Below are positions 51,370-64,000 of a stretch of DNA of 64,000 nt, in pieces. The stretch spans positions 1,054,001 through 1,118,000 of the forward strand of contig JANJGN010000100.1 in the NCBI GenBank assembly GCA_026770705.1. Direction: 5' to 3'. Source of the DNA: Isurus oxyrinchus (lineage: Eukaryota). The notes under the pieces were generated by a model. It searched no databases. It worked only from the letters and a program-made list of their open reading frames with translations, and had not been told where the DNA came from. Positions within the stretch are counted from its first letter, which is position 1; each line of letters starts with the position of its first letter. The translations under genes and the position numbers were made by a program.

Positions 51370-54300
51370 AAAAGGGCAGTATTGGAGGATCCTATGGGAT
51401 GAAACGTCTACAAATCCCGGAGGCCCAATGACCTACGTCCCAACGCGTTTAAAGAAGCTTCCATAGAGAGTGTGGATGCATTGGTGCTCACCTTTTGCGC
51501 TTCTATACATTCTTGAGCGGTGCCTGAAGATAAGAAGCTTGTAAGTGTATCCCCACGACTGAAGAAAGGAGGGAGAGGGAAAATGTGGGACTGTAGACCT
51601 GTTTCCTGATGCCAGTAGTAGGGCAAATCCTGGAATCTATTAAAAAGAATGTCATGTGCAAAACTCTGCCTCAGCCCCTCTCCAGGGAAGACAGTTCAAA
51701 AGACTTACAACCCTCTGAGAGAAGAATAAAGCTTCTTCATCTCCCTCCAAAATGCAAGACTCTTTTTTAAAAAAAAGTGGTGTTTCCCATTTCTACTCTC
51801 TCATACGAAGGGAAACATCATTGTAGTATTCAGCGTGTTAAGCACCATCAGGGTCATTTTTGTTTCAATGAGAACTCTCCTCATTCATTTATCTCCAATG
51901 GATACAGGGCCAGCCTTTTCAATCTTTCTCATAAAACGACACCCATTCCAACTCCCCCACCAAAACACACAAACGCCTCCATCCAAGGTATAAATAACTT
52001 CAGCAAAACGCTTTGTGGCATGTATTGAGAATTGGTTAACGGAATGAAAACAAAAGTAGGAATTTATGTGTCATTCTCAAATGGGCTGATTATGACTCGT
52101 GGGGGAATGACAGGGTCAGGACTTGGTCTCAGCTGCTCACAATCTATAACAATGTTTTGAATGTGAGGACTAAATTTATTATTTCAAAGTTTGCGGATGT
52201 TACAAAAGTAGGTGGGAATGTGATTTGTGAGAAGTTTGCAAAGCGAATTGAAGCACATTTCGACAGGCCAAAGTGACTGGGCAAGCACCAGGCATAATGA
52301 ATATGATGCCGCTACGTGTCGGATTATCCAATTTGGTAGGAGAAACAGATGTACAGAGCACTTCATAAATGGTGAGAGATTTGGAAGTGGCAAAGTCCAA
52401 CGGGCCCTGGGTTTCCTTGTCCATTAAACACTGAAAGCTAACATGCAGGTGCAGCAATCAATTAACAAGACAAAGGTTATGTTGGCCTTTATTGCAAAAG
52501 GATACATGGTGCAGGAGTAAATAGGTTTTGCTTCATATGTATATACGCTTGTTTAAAACACGGCTGAAGCATTGCATGCAGCTTTTGTCTCCTCCCTTAT
52601 GGAAGAATGCACTTGCCATAGGGAAAGAACAGCAGAGATTTACCAGGCGTATTCATGTGATTGCAGGACTGGTGTATGGAGGGATATCGGGGAAACTGAG
52701 TCTATCTTCTGTTGAGATTGGAAGAAAGAGATTTGGTGTCATTGAAACCTACAGATTTCTCAAGGCGCTAAAAATAGTTGGATGTGGAAAGTAAGTTTCC
52801 CTTGGTAGCGGTATCTAGAACCAATGAACACGGTCTCAGAATAAGGGACCAGTCACTTTGGAATCAGATGAGGAGGAATTTCTTCATTCAGAAGGAGCCT
52901 TTAGAATTCATTGCCTAAGACGGCTGTGGAAGCTCAGTCACTGAGTAATGCTCAAAACAGATATCGATAGATTTCTGGGCACTGATGACATCAAGGCTTT
53001 AAGGGAATAGAGAGCGAAAATGGCGTTGAAACAGGTCGTCAGCTGTGACCTAGTTTAATAGCAGAGCAGCCACGCAGGTGTTTAATTGGCCTATTCCCGA
53101 TTCTATGTTCCTAAGCTATATTTGCAATGCAATACACTCTGTATATAGGAGTTATAATATCTGTGCTAAGATTCTTTAATACCTTTTCAAGGATTATATT
53201 AGGATCCTATTGGGGACAGTTTAGGTTTCAAGTGAAATTCGAAAACCCAGTGCTTAGTTTAAAGAACCATACCACGGAAATTCACGTTTACATCATGAAA
53301 ACACACTTCGTTAAATACAAAAAATAGCAAATTAAGCCCCACTAACTTAATACTGTACTTTGTAAAGAATCTTGCTGAAACTCAGGTTTTCTTTTAACTT
53401 CCCATCAAGAGTTTTTTTGTTAACCTGGAGAAATCGTCAAGGCCATTCATTTATGTGAGGGATCACCCAGTATAAGCCTTAGCCAGCCTGAATTTACGTT
53501 ATTGTCCTCAGATCATCAGAAATTTTCTGAGGTATGAAAATTCTTACGGGTTCTTCCATGAGATTTTGGCTAAGTGATTTTCCAAATTTATTTAAAGACC
53601 TCACTATTGTGGTCCCTGCAGTTTCAGCTTCTTCTTAACTGCCTCCTTGCTTAGGGATTTAATCATCAAGTTCATATTCTCGCCCTAATATCCCCTATTC
53701 TACCACATTTTCTGTACAGCTGCTTGTTTCATAGCTGTTTCACTGCTCATGGAACATGCTTTCGAAATGCCCATTCAAAGTTGGCTGAATGCTTCATGGA
53801 CCTTTCTATGAACAAACGTACACATACAGATTGGTTAAATACAGCAATCCCACACGCATCACTATGCTAATGTGGCATACTGTGGGGTGTTGCCAACCTA
53901 AACGTTAAATAATAATTTTCCCTTCAATATGACTCTTCAATTATAAAACACAGATGAGTAAGTTGTATCTCTAATTGATATAACTTCCCTCCTTCCAGAC
54001 ATGCAGGTCCCAACAAGAATTCCCGAGGTGGATCATGCTTTTTATAAGCATAATGAGTTTCTACGGTGTGGTTGTAAGATAAACTAGTGTTGCGTTTTCC
54101 ACTAATCTCACATTGAACGAATTAATTCCTGAGACTCAAATTTATATTCGAAATTATTGGAATTGTATTATATACATTTGCAACTGGTATAGGGCCAATA
54201 AACTGTTATAGGCAATAATTGGTGGGAAGTAACTGTGGTTATAAAATCTACATATGGGCTTTAGGATCATCGTTGATGGTATCGGGTCAGCATGTTTGGA

Positions 54301-54989
54301 ATCATGTCAGTATTGTGGGTATAAGATCGATGTATGTATATAGTTGGTGTTTTGAGAAGAAGCACAGCATATTCGTTATAGGATATACACATGGCGGAAC
54401 TTAAATCAGTCATAAAAAAAGCCTCGTGAATATAGCGTTCAGCCTGTTGTGTCATAAGTTTAGGATTACGAATATATCGTCACGTGTGTGCCATTGAGTC
54501 ATTAATGCGGCTGTAAAGTCAACATGTCTGCTGTAGGTCAATATGACGGGTGTCATGTCGGTACATGTGCTAAAGAAACAATGTTGTGGGTCTGTGGATT
54601 GAAAGGAAAAGAAAGCGGGGATTCGGTTAGCTAAAGACGATTTCAGAAGAGAGGGAAAAACGAACCTTCCATTCAGCCTATCGACGATGTTGTGCTACTC
54701 ATTGTGATCATGAACGACCTATATCCTAACCCAACGTTTCACTGTTTTCCCTGCGCTGCCGCCGGGCCAAATTTCTGGAAGACCCCGTCCAGCAACACTG
54801 TGAGTGTACCTACAGAACATGGACTGCAGAGGTTCAGTAAGGCAGCTAACCACTCTCTTCGAAAGGGGAACTAGGGATTAGCAGTAAATTCTGGCCCAGT
54901 GAACGACGTCCAAGTTCCTTAACTGAATGAAGAATGTCCATTGGCATCAACTCGAAATATTTATCCCCTCCCGCTCTCTCCAAAACTGT

Positions 54990-55920
54990 GTCCATCTCAT
55001 GTTGAAAAAATAACTTGATATTAAAGCTTTTATTTTGCATTGTTGATCCTTTCACACTTATGCCACTCTTTGAATGAATAATTATTTCCCTTCTTCTGTT
55101 ATCGATGCTCCAGCCCTAATATTAAGTGTTTTTTCTCGCATGTCCCAAATCTGTCCTATCAAAGCAACACGGTTCCATGAATCTTCAGTTCCATTACAAA
55201 ACCTAAGAGCCACAATCAAATCCCGTTTGAAACTTCCATGCTCGGATTCTCCTTGTGTAATCATTTCTAATAAGTTAGCCTTTGGAATCTTGATAACATT
55301 TTGGTTAATTCATCCAAGGCATATATATTATTTTTGTGGCGTAGTGCCGAGAAATTCATACAATAATCCGGGTGCTGTATCTCCAGAGTTTTCGCTTTAT
55401 TCAAAATGTTATAACTGTAGCAAACGTCATCCAGCCGTTCCCTATTTATTTAAGCACTCTGGTTATAAGCAATGAACATTGTTGTGTGTCTTTATACCAA
55501 ACTTTATATTGTGTTGCCAAAATCATTCATGCTTACAATGAATGGGTGAAGCTTCTGCACATCGCCCTCTGGCGATCAATCTTCTTTCCAACTGTACTTC
55601 ATGTCCGTTACTATAGCACTCTGCCTTCTCTCCACTATCATTTTTTTCTGTTTGGGTCAATATCTGTATTGATTCCATGAGCTTTAATGATAGCTATTAG
55701 AAACAAAGGAAAAACCTTGTTGAAAATTTTCTGGAGGTCATTTCAACGATTTCCATACTCATGGCACGGTCCCCAAGTATACATTCTTCCTGAGAAATTT
55801 TAAAGAAGTTCGGTAGACGTGACATGCGCTTTAAAAATCCACTTGGGCAATCCATAAGCGCATACCAGCCTCTCCTTCATTATAATATCCAATAATTACG
55901 GAACAACAGATTTTATACTA
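54990..55920 (-). mobile_element. Very old CR1 RT fragment
   Basis: GFLKRMSRLPNFF...RKFSTR resembles the GF..GRSCLTNL...KAFDKV block. Confidence 0.45.
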
Positions 55921-55959
55921 ACAAAATAGGTATGTATTCTATGTATTCTATAGGCAACC

Positions 55960-56368
55960 AAATATTTGGATAGGTGGAACATATCTGAGGAAGATTAAGC
56001 AGAGGTGCAAAAATTGCTCATTTCTGATGGCATGTTTCCCCGAGCTGGTCTGTCTAGAATGAGAGGACACCGTGTCAGAATAAGGGATGGGCCATTTAGG
56101 ACAGAGATGAGGAGGAATTTGTTCACTGAGTGAGTGATGATTTTTGGAATTCTCTAGGCCAGAGGGCCGATGAGGCTCAGTCCTCGCTTATGTTCAAGCC
56201 TGAGATCGATAAATGTCAACATCTACAAACATCAATGGATACGGGGGTAGTGCAAGAAAATAGTGCTGAGGTAGAAGATCAGCCACGATCGCATTGATTG
56301 TTGAAGCGGAGCCTGGGGGCTGAATGGTCAACTCCAGTTTCAACTCTCTACATTCTTATGTTGTTATG
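55960..56368 (+). mobile_element. CR1 3' end
   Basis: gagatgaggaggaattt...gggggctgaatggtcaactcc...ttcttatgttgttatg. Confidence 0.75.
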
Positions 56369-56469
56369 GGAACAATTGGGAACTTTTAATGTTGTAATTT
56401 CTGTTCTATTCAACAGATTCTCTCAAGCCTACTTACAGCTATTTAACTAAGACGACAAAGTGCTGAAAG

Positions 56470-56830
56470 GCGGTTAATTTGAATACAAAGAGGGCGGACA
56501 GGAGGAAAAATTGAAAGAAGCAGACTGGATAGAAAAACGTAAAAGGGAAGACGAAGGAAGGAGGTAGGGGAATAATTGGAAGAGGCAGAGTGGAGACAAT
56601 GGATTAAATGGAAGATGCAGGGACAGAAAGGCGGAGTAAGACAGAAGAAGAAGAGGGAACCTGTAATGGATAAATGGAGGTGGAAGGAGGGATTTTATGT
56701 GTAAAAGCGAAATGGCACAGATGAGAAGAGGTGAAAATTGGAAGAGGTAGCTTGGAGAAAAAGGGCAACTTAAAGCATGCGAGTGGAGAGAGCAGGTTAA
56801 GTAGAGTAGACAGAATTGAAACTTTGGAAT
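56470..56830. repeat. Purine-rich (GA) low-complexity tract
   Basis: Strong A/G bias on the plus strand. Confidence 0.7.
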
Positions 56831-58029
56831 AAATGGCAGTCGCTCAGATCGTTGCTTATTGGCTTCTGCTATTGCCGTGATATGAAATTGAACATAAATA
56901 ATTTCCCTGAAGAATTTTAAGGGCGTTTCTTTCGTGATCCCAAATTGGCAATGTCACGATTTGTGAGGAGAGATGACAATATTACAAGAGAATAAGAAAC
57001 CCACCCCCCCCCGCCAAAAAGTAGCATTTCCGGGAGTTGTTTCGAAAATCTAATTGGTACAGATGTCCGGGTTTTACTGTGGTGGTTGAGTGGTGGGGGG
57101 GGGGGGGGGGGGCGGGGGCAAGGGGGTTGGGGTGTTGGTTGGGGTGAGGGGATGGTATTGAAGATGTTGGATGTCTTTATCTGACGAGGCATCTTGTTTT
57201 CTTGGGTTATAGAGGAGAATCGGAAGCTACTTGTATCCACAGTGTGGTGAATTGGGACAAAATATGGCGGAAACCAAAGTTAAAATACTGTGTAGTGTAC
57301 AGGACATAAGTGTGGGAAGTCGAGTAGTGTCCCATGGCCTGTACAATGCACTGCGAGTGTAATATCGGAACAGTTCAGCACTTACCATCCGAAAAATTCC
57401 ACTAATCCTGCCTATCACGTGATGGCCAGACCTTATGCACTGCAATCCTGGCCTGTCAAGTTTGGAGGGAAACAGTCCAGTTAATGAATAATCAGCAACA
57501 AATGCGTTAAAAAATGGCAATGGGTCGTCAGCTTGCAGAAGGCTATGAAGGGGTATAACAGTGTATATTTCCACAAGGAGGAATATGAGTAATTGCTTGG
57601 CAGTACTGATCCTGAGTGTTGCTGAGAAAAGAGAGAGGCTGTCGAAACTTTCATTTTTGCACTCATCAGGGCAAACACAAGAATGTCGAATTTCAAGGGG
57701 AACAACAAGGTGTAATGCATGAGCTAAAGCGTTGTGATTGGTTGTCAAGTCAGTTCTGATTATTCTAGACGTTGTCATGGCTGCCACGCAACAAGGCAGG
57801 ATTAAGCAGCGCCTTTTCCTCTAATTATTCCGCATTGCGCTAAACCAAAAACTGTAGCTGCTGGAAATGTGCAGCCAAAATTAGAATAGCCTGGCTGGTC
57901 TGGCAGCTCATGTAGAAAGCGGCAAACATAGCTAAACTTTCGGGTCTCAGGGACATTTAAGGTAATAAATGCTGCCCTTATCAGTGAAGCCCGCATTCCA
58001 CGGTCTACATTTGAAAAAGAGAGTCATTG

Positions 58030-58890
58030 AACATTCCAGCACATGCCTTGGTCCCTTTTGGAACTTACGCTGGGTGTATCCATAATTACACTTGATGCAA
58101 CGGCTCAGGAGAAGCTGCATTGCCCCACTTCCTCCAGCATTAAAGTTGAGGTAATTTACTTATAAGCTGTGAAATATGAAATATTGCAGTTAGTTAATAC
58201 ATAATGCTTACTATCATACTGCCCACAGTAGGAAGAGACTGCCTGAAGAGTAAAATGTTGGAATTTATCTGGCTCTGCATCTCTGGCCCCTTCTCATTCT
58301 CCGCATTGTCTTTGGTGCCAGAGAGTCCAGCAGATTTCACAGGCAGCGAATTGAATGCATGGAACGTTTAAAACGTTGAGATGAATAATACAAGAAATGG
58401 AAGTAAGAAGATAAAACGTGATTTATCTAGTGGGTTCTTACTCCTGCAAATGAAACGTAGAAGTGTAATTCGATACTTCAAAATGATGCACTTTGTTATT
58501 TACCCTCACTGATTCATGCACAATGTACCTCAGGTTTATTTTTGTTCAACTTTTTAAAGCACAAAAACGAACATATGGGCACTTCTCCTAGAGAAATATC
58601 GCAACTTCATATTCGGGCAACGAACACATATGTAGTCATCGAAGGCGAGAGTGACGAATAGTCGGACAGAACAATCCTCTGGATGCAGATAGAGCATCGT
58701 GCTGACGTCACTGGTAGAGTGGTGAATGCCAAAGTAACCCACAGTTAAACGCCACTCACTGAATGTAAGAAGCAGCGATAAAACCAGTAGATTGGTCGCT
58801 GCCGTGAATGACGAGTGATGCGCCTGGAAAGAACGCTGCCCCACGAAAAAGCAGCGCAGAGGACAATAATTATCATTTTTTGGAGACCAG
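58030..58890 (-). pseudogene. Ancient, highly decayed GPR139-like GPCR relic (copy 5)
   Basis: Collinear fragments across frames: VLSRRIT (~GLSRCIT), AATNLLVL (~AVTDLLVI), DCSVRLFVTLAFDDYICVRCPNMKLRY (~DSSVWLTVAFTFDRFVAI..KLKTKY), ENEKGPEMQSQINSNILLF (~ENKNDPEMENRRKSIILLF), SLFLLWA, and TQRKFQ at ~58060-58075. Confidence 0.78.
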
Positions 58891-59419
58891 AAAATACCAG
58901 AAAATGAACTGCTGTTCAAACCGAGAATAAGATACCAGGTTCGGAAATTGCTTCAATATTTGGAGATTTCTTATATCGATATATGAAGTTATGTGCTAAT
59001 TTCGGGAGTATGATGTGATTATTAACAAAATGTATCTTCTGCAGTTGAAGTTCGCTTTCATATATTTCGATCGTCACTTGCATAAATCGAGTGTTTGATT
59101 TGAAAGGAGTCAAATCTATGCTGAAATTGCAAAGCGGCAACAGATTAGTGAAAAACGCAATGGGACTAGTGCCCAATTGAATGATTTTCAGTTATTTGGT
59201 TAAGGGATGAATGTTGGCCGGGGCATTGGGAGAAATGCTACCGCCTGTAGAAATGAACCTTGAACTTTCTCTATTCGATTAATTTCCCTTTGTTTCTTGC
59301 TGCACTGACCACGCCCAGCAACATCCATTGCATTCTGGCTCCTCCCTTCCTATGATTCCCGTAACCTAATTTGGAACACTGCTCCATGCAAATGCATCTC
59401 AGTTCCGCGAATTTAAATA

Positions 59420-59530
59420 AAAACATTGCTGGTAAAGAAAACAAAACCTCAGCAGGTCTGTCAGCATCCGTAAATAGAGAAACTTAGTGAATGTTTCGAG
59501 TCCAATATGACTCTTCTTCGGGACTGGTTC
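59420..59530 (-). repeat. Penelope-derived 3' terminal fragment with hammerhead remnant. Similar fragments lie at ~5985-6100 +, ~11330-11460 - and ~57850-57950 -.
   Basis: The reverse strand reads CCGAAGA-a-GAGTC..GACTC-GAAAC followed by gatgctgacagacctgctgag. Confidence 0.65.
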
Positions 59531-59954
59531 ATTGACGGGCGGAAGCACGGATGATCTAATGGATGGATGGATGTAGATATTTTAAGAGAATGCTGCTTGC
59601 TATCAGTTAATCTGTTGTTAGAATATTGTGCAATTTTCGTCACAGTGCTCCATCAACAGAGCACCTGACGATACGTGGACCGAGGACACAAAGCCAGGGT
59701 CTCTGGCAACAATATCCTTAGTCTGAGCTAACTGGTACCAAGCACCATGTCCATAGTCCTTTTTTCCCAGATATGACTGCTGCCAATGGAGATATGTCCA
59801 CTGACTGTTTTAGTGTTATTCTTTGTTTTAATGGGGTTCCTAAATTGTAACTGTTAGGACACTTCAAAATTATTAAAATGCCTTGAAATCAGTTTAATTT
59901 TGCTGTTGGGGATACTTCCGGTAACAATAATTCAGAAAGAAATGAATCGTCATG

Positions 59955-60850
59955 TGAAAAATGTGGTTAATAGTGAGGCTGAGTGTTTGAACTCCAGGAA
60001 GGCATACACGGGATGGTCAAGTGGGCAGATAAGTGGTAGGTGGAATTTAATCCTGAAAAGTGTGAGGTGATACACTTTGGAAGGAGTAATTTGACAAGGA
60101 AGTATTCAATGAACGGCACGACACTAGGAAGTTTTCAGGAACAAAGGGGCCTTGCCCTTTGTGTCCATAGATCTCTGAAGGCGGAGGGGCATGTTAGTGG
60201 GATGGTGAAAAAGTCATATGGAAGACGTGCCTTTATCAATCGAGGCATAGATTAGAAAAACAGGGAGGTCATGTTGAAGTTTTATCGAATCTTGGTGAGG
60301 CCACAGTTAGAGTACTGTGTGCAGTTCTGGTCGCCACATTATAGGAAGGATGTGCTTGCACTGGTGGGGGTGCAGAGAAGATTCAACCGGATGTTGCCTG
60401 GAAATAAACATTTAAGTTATGAAGAGAGGTTGGATAGACTGGGGCTGTTTTTGTTGGAGCAGAGAAGATGGAGGGGCGACCTGATCGAAGTGTACAAGAT
60501 TATGAGTGGCATGGACAGGGTGAATAGGGAGCAGCTGTTCCCCTTAGTTGAAGTTTCATCACAAGGGGGCATAAGTTCAAGTTAGGGGGCAGGATGAATG
60601 TGAGGAAACTCTTTTTAACCCCGACAGTGGTGATGGTCTGGGATGCGCTGCCTGGAAGCGTGGTGCAGGTGGGTTGCCTCACATCCTTTAAAAACTACCT
60701 GAATGAGCAGTTGGCAGGTCAGAACATTGAAGACTTTGGGCCAAGTGCTGGCAAATGGGATTAGGTAGGTAGGTCAGGTTTTTCTCATGTGTTGGTGCAG
60801 ACTCGATTGGCCGAAGGGGCTCTTCTGCACTGTGTGATTCTGTGATTCTA
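59955..60850 (+). mobile_element. Relatively well-preserved 5'-truncated CR1 LINE
   Basis: FNPEKCEVIHFG, LVRPQLEYCVQFWSPHYRKD, RGDLIEVYKI, and a terminal 8-nt repeat tgtgattc x2. Confidence 0.9.
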
Positions 60851-61099
60851 GTCAGGTAAACCAGTTTCCTGGGCACTGCTCTAAATTGAAAGCTTAATGT
60901 GTATAATTTGTAAGGATCCCACATAGATAATTGAGAGTGCCATCACATTTTTCAGAAATGTGGGATTCCCCAAGGTTTTCAGAATTCTTGAAGCACACAT
61001 TGTGTAGCTTGTATGTTAACCTCCAAGATTATGTGAATCCCAAAGGCTTCCATTTCCTATGGCATCTTGAGCCATGCGGGGTAGCAGAAATCCCTAAAA

Positions 61100-62385
61100 A
61101 TGCGGGTTAATCAAGAAGAGAAAGCATATATTTATTATGAGATGATCCTTTTTAAGTAACCTGCTGGAATTTTTTGAAGAGTTAAATGAGAGGGCTGAAA
61201 GGGAAATACTGTTGATGTGTTGAACATGAACTTCCAAAAGGTGTTTGATCCAGTGTCACACAGCAGAGTTGTGATCAAAGCTATACCACGTGGAATGAAT
61301 GGGAAAGGACTAATGGCGATACTAAATTAGCTGATTGGTAGGACACTGGGAATGGTGGTTAATAGGCTGGAGTATGTCTCGTAGCGGAGTCACCCAGGGT
61401 ACAGAGTTGGAAGCTTTGTTTTTTTCCAGATATTAGTTAGTGGCACAGAACTTGGTGTACAGGGCATAATTTCAACATTTCGAATGATATGAAATTGGAA
61501 GCATTGAGCCAGAAAGTATAGAGCCTCAAATTGCCACGTTGGTGGAAGTAGCGAGCTTTTGGCAGATAAATTTCAATGCTGAGAAATGTAAAGTGATTCA
61601 CTGATGTAAGAAAAACATGGTGAAATATTGTACATTAAGGCTGCAACTCTGAATGTGGAGCAGGCGCCGAGGGGCCTTGGTGTACATTTGCATACGTCAT
61701 TGAAAGTGGCAGGACAGATCGAGAGCCTGGTTATTAAACCATGCAGAAAGCTATTTTGTTCAATGCGAGCATTCAGTAAAAGAGCGCAGAGTTTGGATTG
61801 AACTTGTATAAGGCAATAGTTCGGCATCAGCTAGAATGTTGCCTCCAGTTCTGGGCTCTGCTCTTTGTGAAGGGTGTGAAGTCATTGGAGTGACCGCAGA
61901 AAAGGTTCACGTGAATTGGTCCAAGGGTGAGGAACTTCAGTTAAAATGCTAGATTAAAGCATTTGTGACTGCTGCAATTGTAGAAGATACAGCAGAGAGA
62001 AGACTTGAACGACGTTATTCAAAATCATGAGAAGCCTGAACGGAATAAATAAGGAGAAATTGTTTCCACTCGTGAAATATTCGACCACAGTGGGGCATAG
62101 GTTTAAAGTAATGAGCAAAAGAAACAAAGTTGGGAACAGGAAACACATTTTCTCACGAGGCGACGTATTGTTACGGTATGGAGTTCATTGCCAGAGATTG
62201 AAGTTGATGAAGTTTCAATCGAGGCATACAAATCAGAATTCCAGTGTTATCTGAAAGAGAGGGATATGCAGGATTACATGGAAAAGGCGGAGGAATGGCA
62301 CTAAGTGAATTGCTCTTTCGGAGACCCGCAGCAGGAACAGGCTGAATAGCCTCCTTCTGCGCTGCAACAATTCTGTGATTCTGAC
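61100..62385 (+). mobile_element. Decayed CR1 LINE
   Basis: NLLEFFE, NFQKVFD and a tail ending ttctgtgattctga. Confidence 0.75.
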
Positions 62386-64000
62386 CATAGAGTCATAGGA
62401 TCTAGGAGCAGGAGTAGGCCATTCTGCCTTTCCAGCCTGCTCCGCCGTTCAATATGATCATGCCTGACCATTTATCTCAAAGCCATATTGCATCGTTCTC
62501 TCCATACCCCCGATGCAATAACATCCAAAAAAATTATTTTCTTTCTTGAATACACTCAGTGGCCCGTCCTGCACAGACTTCGGTGGTAAATAATTACACA
62601 GTTTGAAGAACATCTAGGTGCAGAACGTTTTCCTCGTGTCAACCCGAAATGGCCTTTCCCATATCCTGAGATTCTGGCCCCTGGTTCTGGACCCTCAGCA
62701 TTATCCCTGCATTAGCCTGTCTAGACCTCTTTGAATTTTATGCATTTCAATCAAATCCTTTCTCATTCTTCTGAATTCTAGTGAATACACTCCAAGTTGA
62801 ACCAATCTCTCCTCAGATGACAGTCCTGCCATCCCCGGTATCAGCTTCACCAAGGCCTTGTATAACTGGATTTAAGACGTTGTTACTCCTGGACTCAATT
62901 TGTCTTGCAATGAAGGCCTATAATTTGGCGTCGTAATTGCTTGCTGCACCTGCCTGTGTACTTTCATTGGCTGGTGTACAAGGACACCCGGATGCCTTTG
63001 TACATCCACATTTCCCAATATATCACCACTGAAATAATACTGTGCCTTTCTGTTTATCACATCGAGACATAAACCTTCACATTTATCTACGTTATACTGC
63101 AACTGCTTTGTGTTTGCCCACACACACACACATATTGTCTAAATTGCCCTGAAGCCTCCTTGCATCCACCTAACAACTCACAACCCCGCCCAGTTTCCTG
63201 CCATCCCCATCCACGCCATTCATATATATCGTGAAGAGTTGTGGCCTGCAGGTATGCCACAAGTCACTGCCTGCTACATGGTAAAAAGACTCATTTATCC
63301 CCACTTTCTGTTGCTGGTCTGTTAAACATTTCTCAATCCATGCCGGTATATTACCCCCGATCCCATGTGCTTTAATTTTGCCCACTAGCCACTTCTGTGG
63401 TACCTTCTCAAAATCCTTCTTGAAAGCCAAATACATCACACACACTGGTTCTCCCTTATCTATTCTACCAGTTACATCCTTAAAAACTCCAGTAGATTAG
63501 TTAAGCATGATTTCCCTTTCTTAAACTCATGCTGACTTTGTCTAACCCTGTTAATGCTTTCCAAGTCTCATGTTATCACGCATTTTAAAATAGACGCTAG
63601 CGTTTTCTCCATTCCTCATATTAGGCTCACTGATCTGTAATTCTCTATTCTTTTTCTCTCCCTCTTCTTTTAAATAGTAGGGTGACACTTGCCACCCCTC
63701 AATCTGTAGGAACTGTTCCAGAGCCTGTAGAATTTTTGAAGATGACCTCCAATGCATCTAATATTTCCAGAGGCACTTCCTTTATTACTCTCGGGTGTAG
63801 ATTATGGCCCTGGGGATTTTTCAGCCTTTAACCTTATTAATTTCTCTAGCACCATTATTTTTAACTAATACTGATTTTCATCAATTCCTCCCCCTCAATA
63901 TAATCTTGGTTCCCTCACAATTCATGGAAATTATCTGCGTCCCCTTTTGTGAAGACAGAATAATAATATATGTTTAATTCCTCTGCCATTTCTTTGTTCC
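62386..64000 (-). mobile_element. CR1/HER1-type LINE, tail-to-tail with the previous copy and continuing beyond the window
   Basis: aggagcaggagtaggccattc tail, MYLAFKKDFEKVP and KIKAHGIGG. Confidence 0.85.

Larger units (their letters stand above)
49200..53112 (+). mobile_element. Long CR1 LINE interrupted by the Penelope insertion (50313-51369) and by an antisense CR1 fragment (~51660-51990)
   Basis: Collinear endonuclease, KSPG, ANV.P, SKFADVTK and RRNFF motifs, plus the 3' tail. Confidence 0.8.

Noticed and set aside
54150-54600. Possible ~20-bp degenerate repeat (gctgta..gtcaa.atg)
   Set aside because: Too degenerate to define a period by eye.
57227-57787. 186-aa ORF as a sixth receptor or a novel gene
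   Set aside because: No GPCR or other recognisable motifs in any frame and no support from paralogy.

Overview
Vertebrate genomic DNA, most likely from a cartilaginous fish. The repeat landscape (CR1/HER1-type LINE tails, Penelope-like elements) resembles what I recall from sharks. There is no prokaryotic content. The core of the window is a tandem cluster of five paralogous rhodopsin-class (class A) GPCR loci resembling GPR139/GPR142. One is intact: two exons on the minus strand, 36659-36590 joined to 34143-33242, giving 323 aa. Three are two-exon pseudogenes (5209-7554 +, 23518-21223 -, 45155-47878 +) and one is a much older relic (~58890-58030 -). The four recognisable copies share a 70-nt first coding exon and a phase-1 intron in TM1. 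They also share a position-conserved [homeodomain]-[O/E (Ebf)-like]-TATA module upstream, which resembles olfactory-receptor promoters. Together with the birth-and-death pattern, this suggests (inference) a candidate chemosensory receptor family. The rest is mostly decayed retroelements: many CR1 LINEs, L2-like and RTE fragments, a Gmr1-type Gypsy with INT-RT-RNaseH order plus LTR and PPT, a related solo LTR, and Penelope-like elements. One young Penelope insertion has an intact GIY-YIG frame and a minimal hammerhead-ribozyme-like motif. All identifications were made by eye with no database searches; repeat boundaries are approximate.
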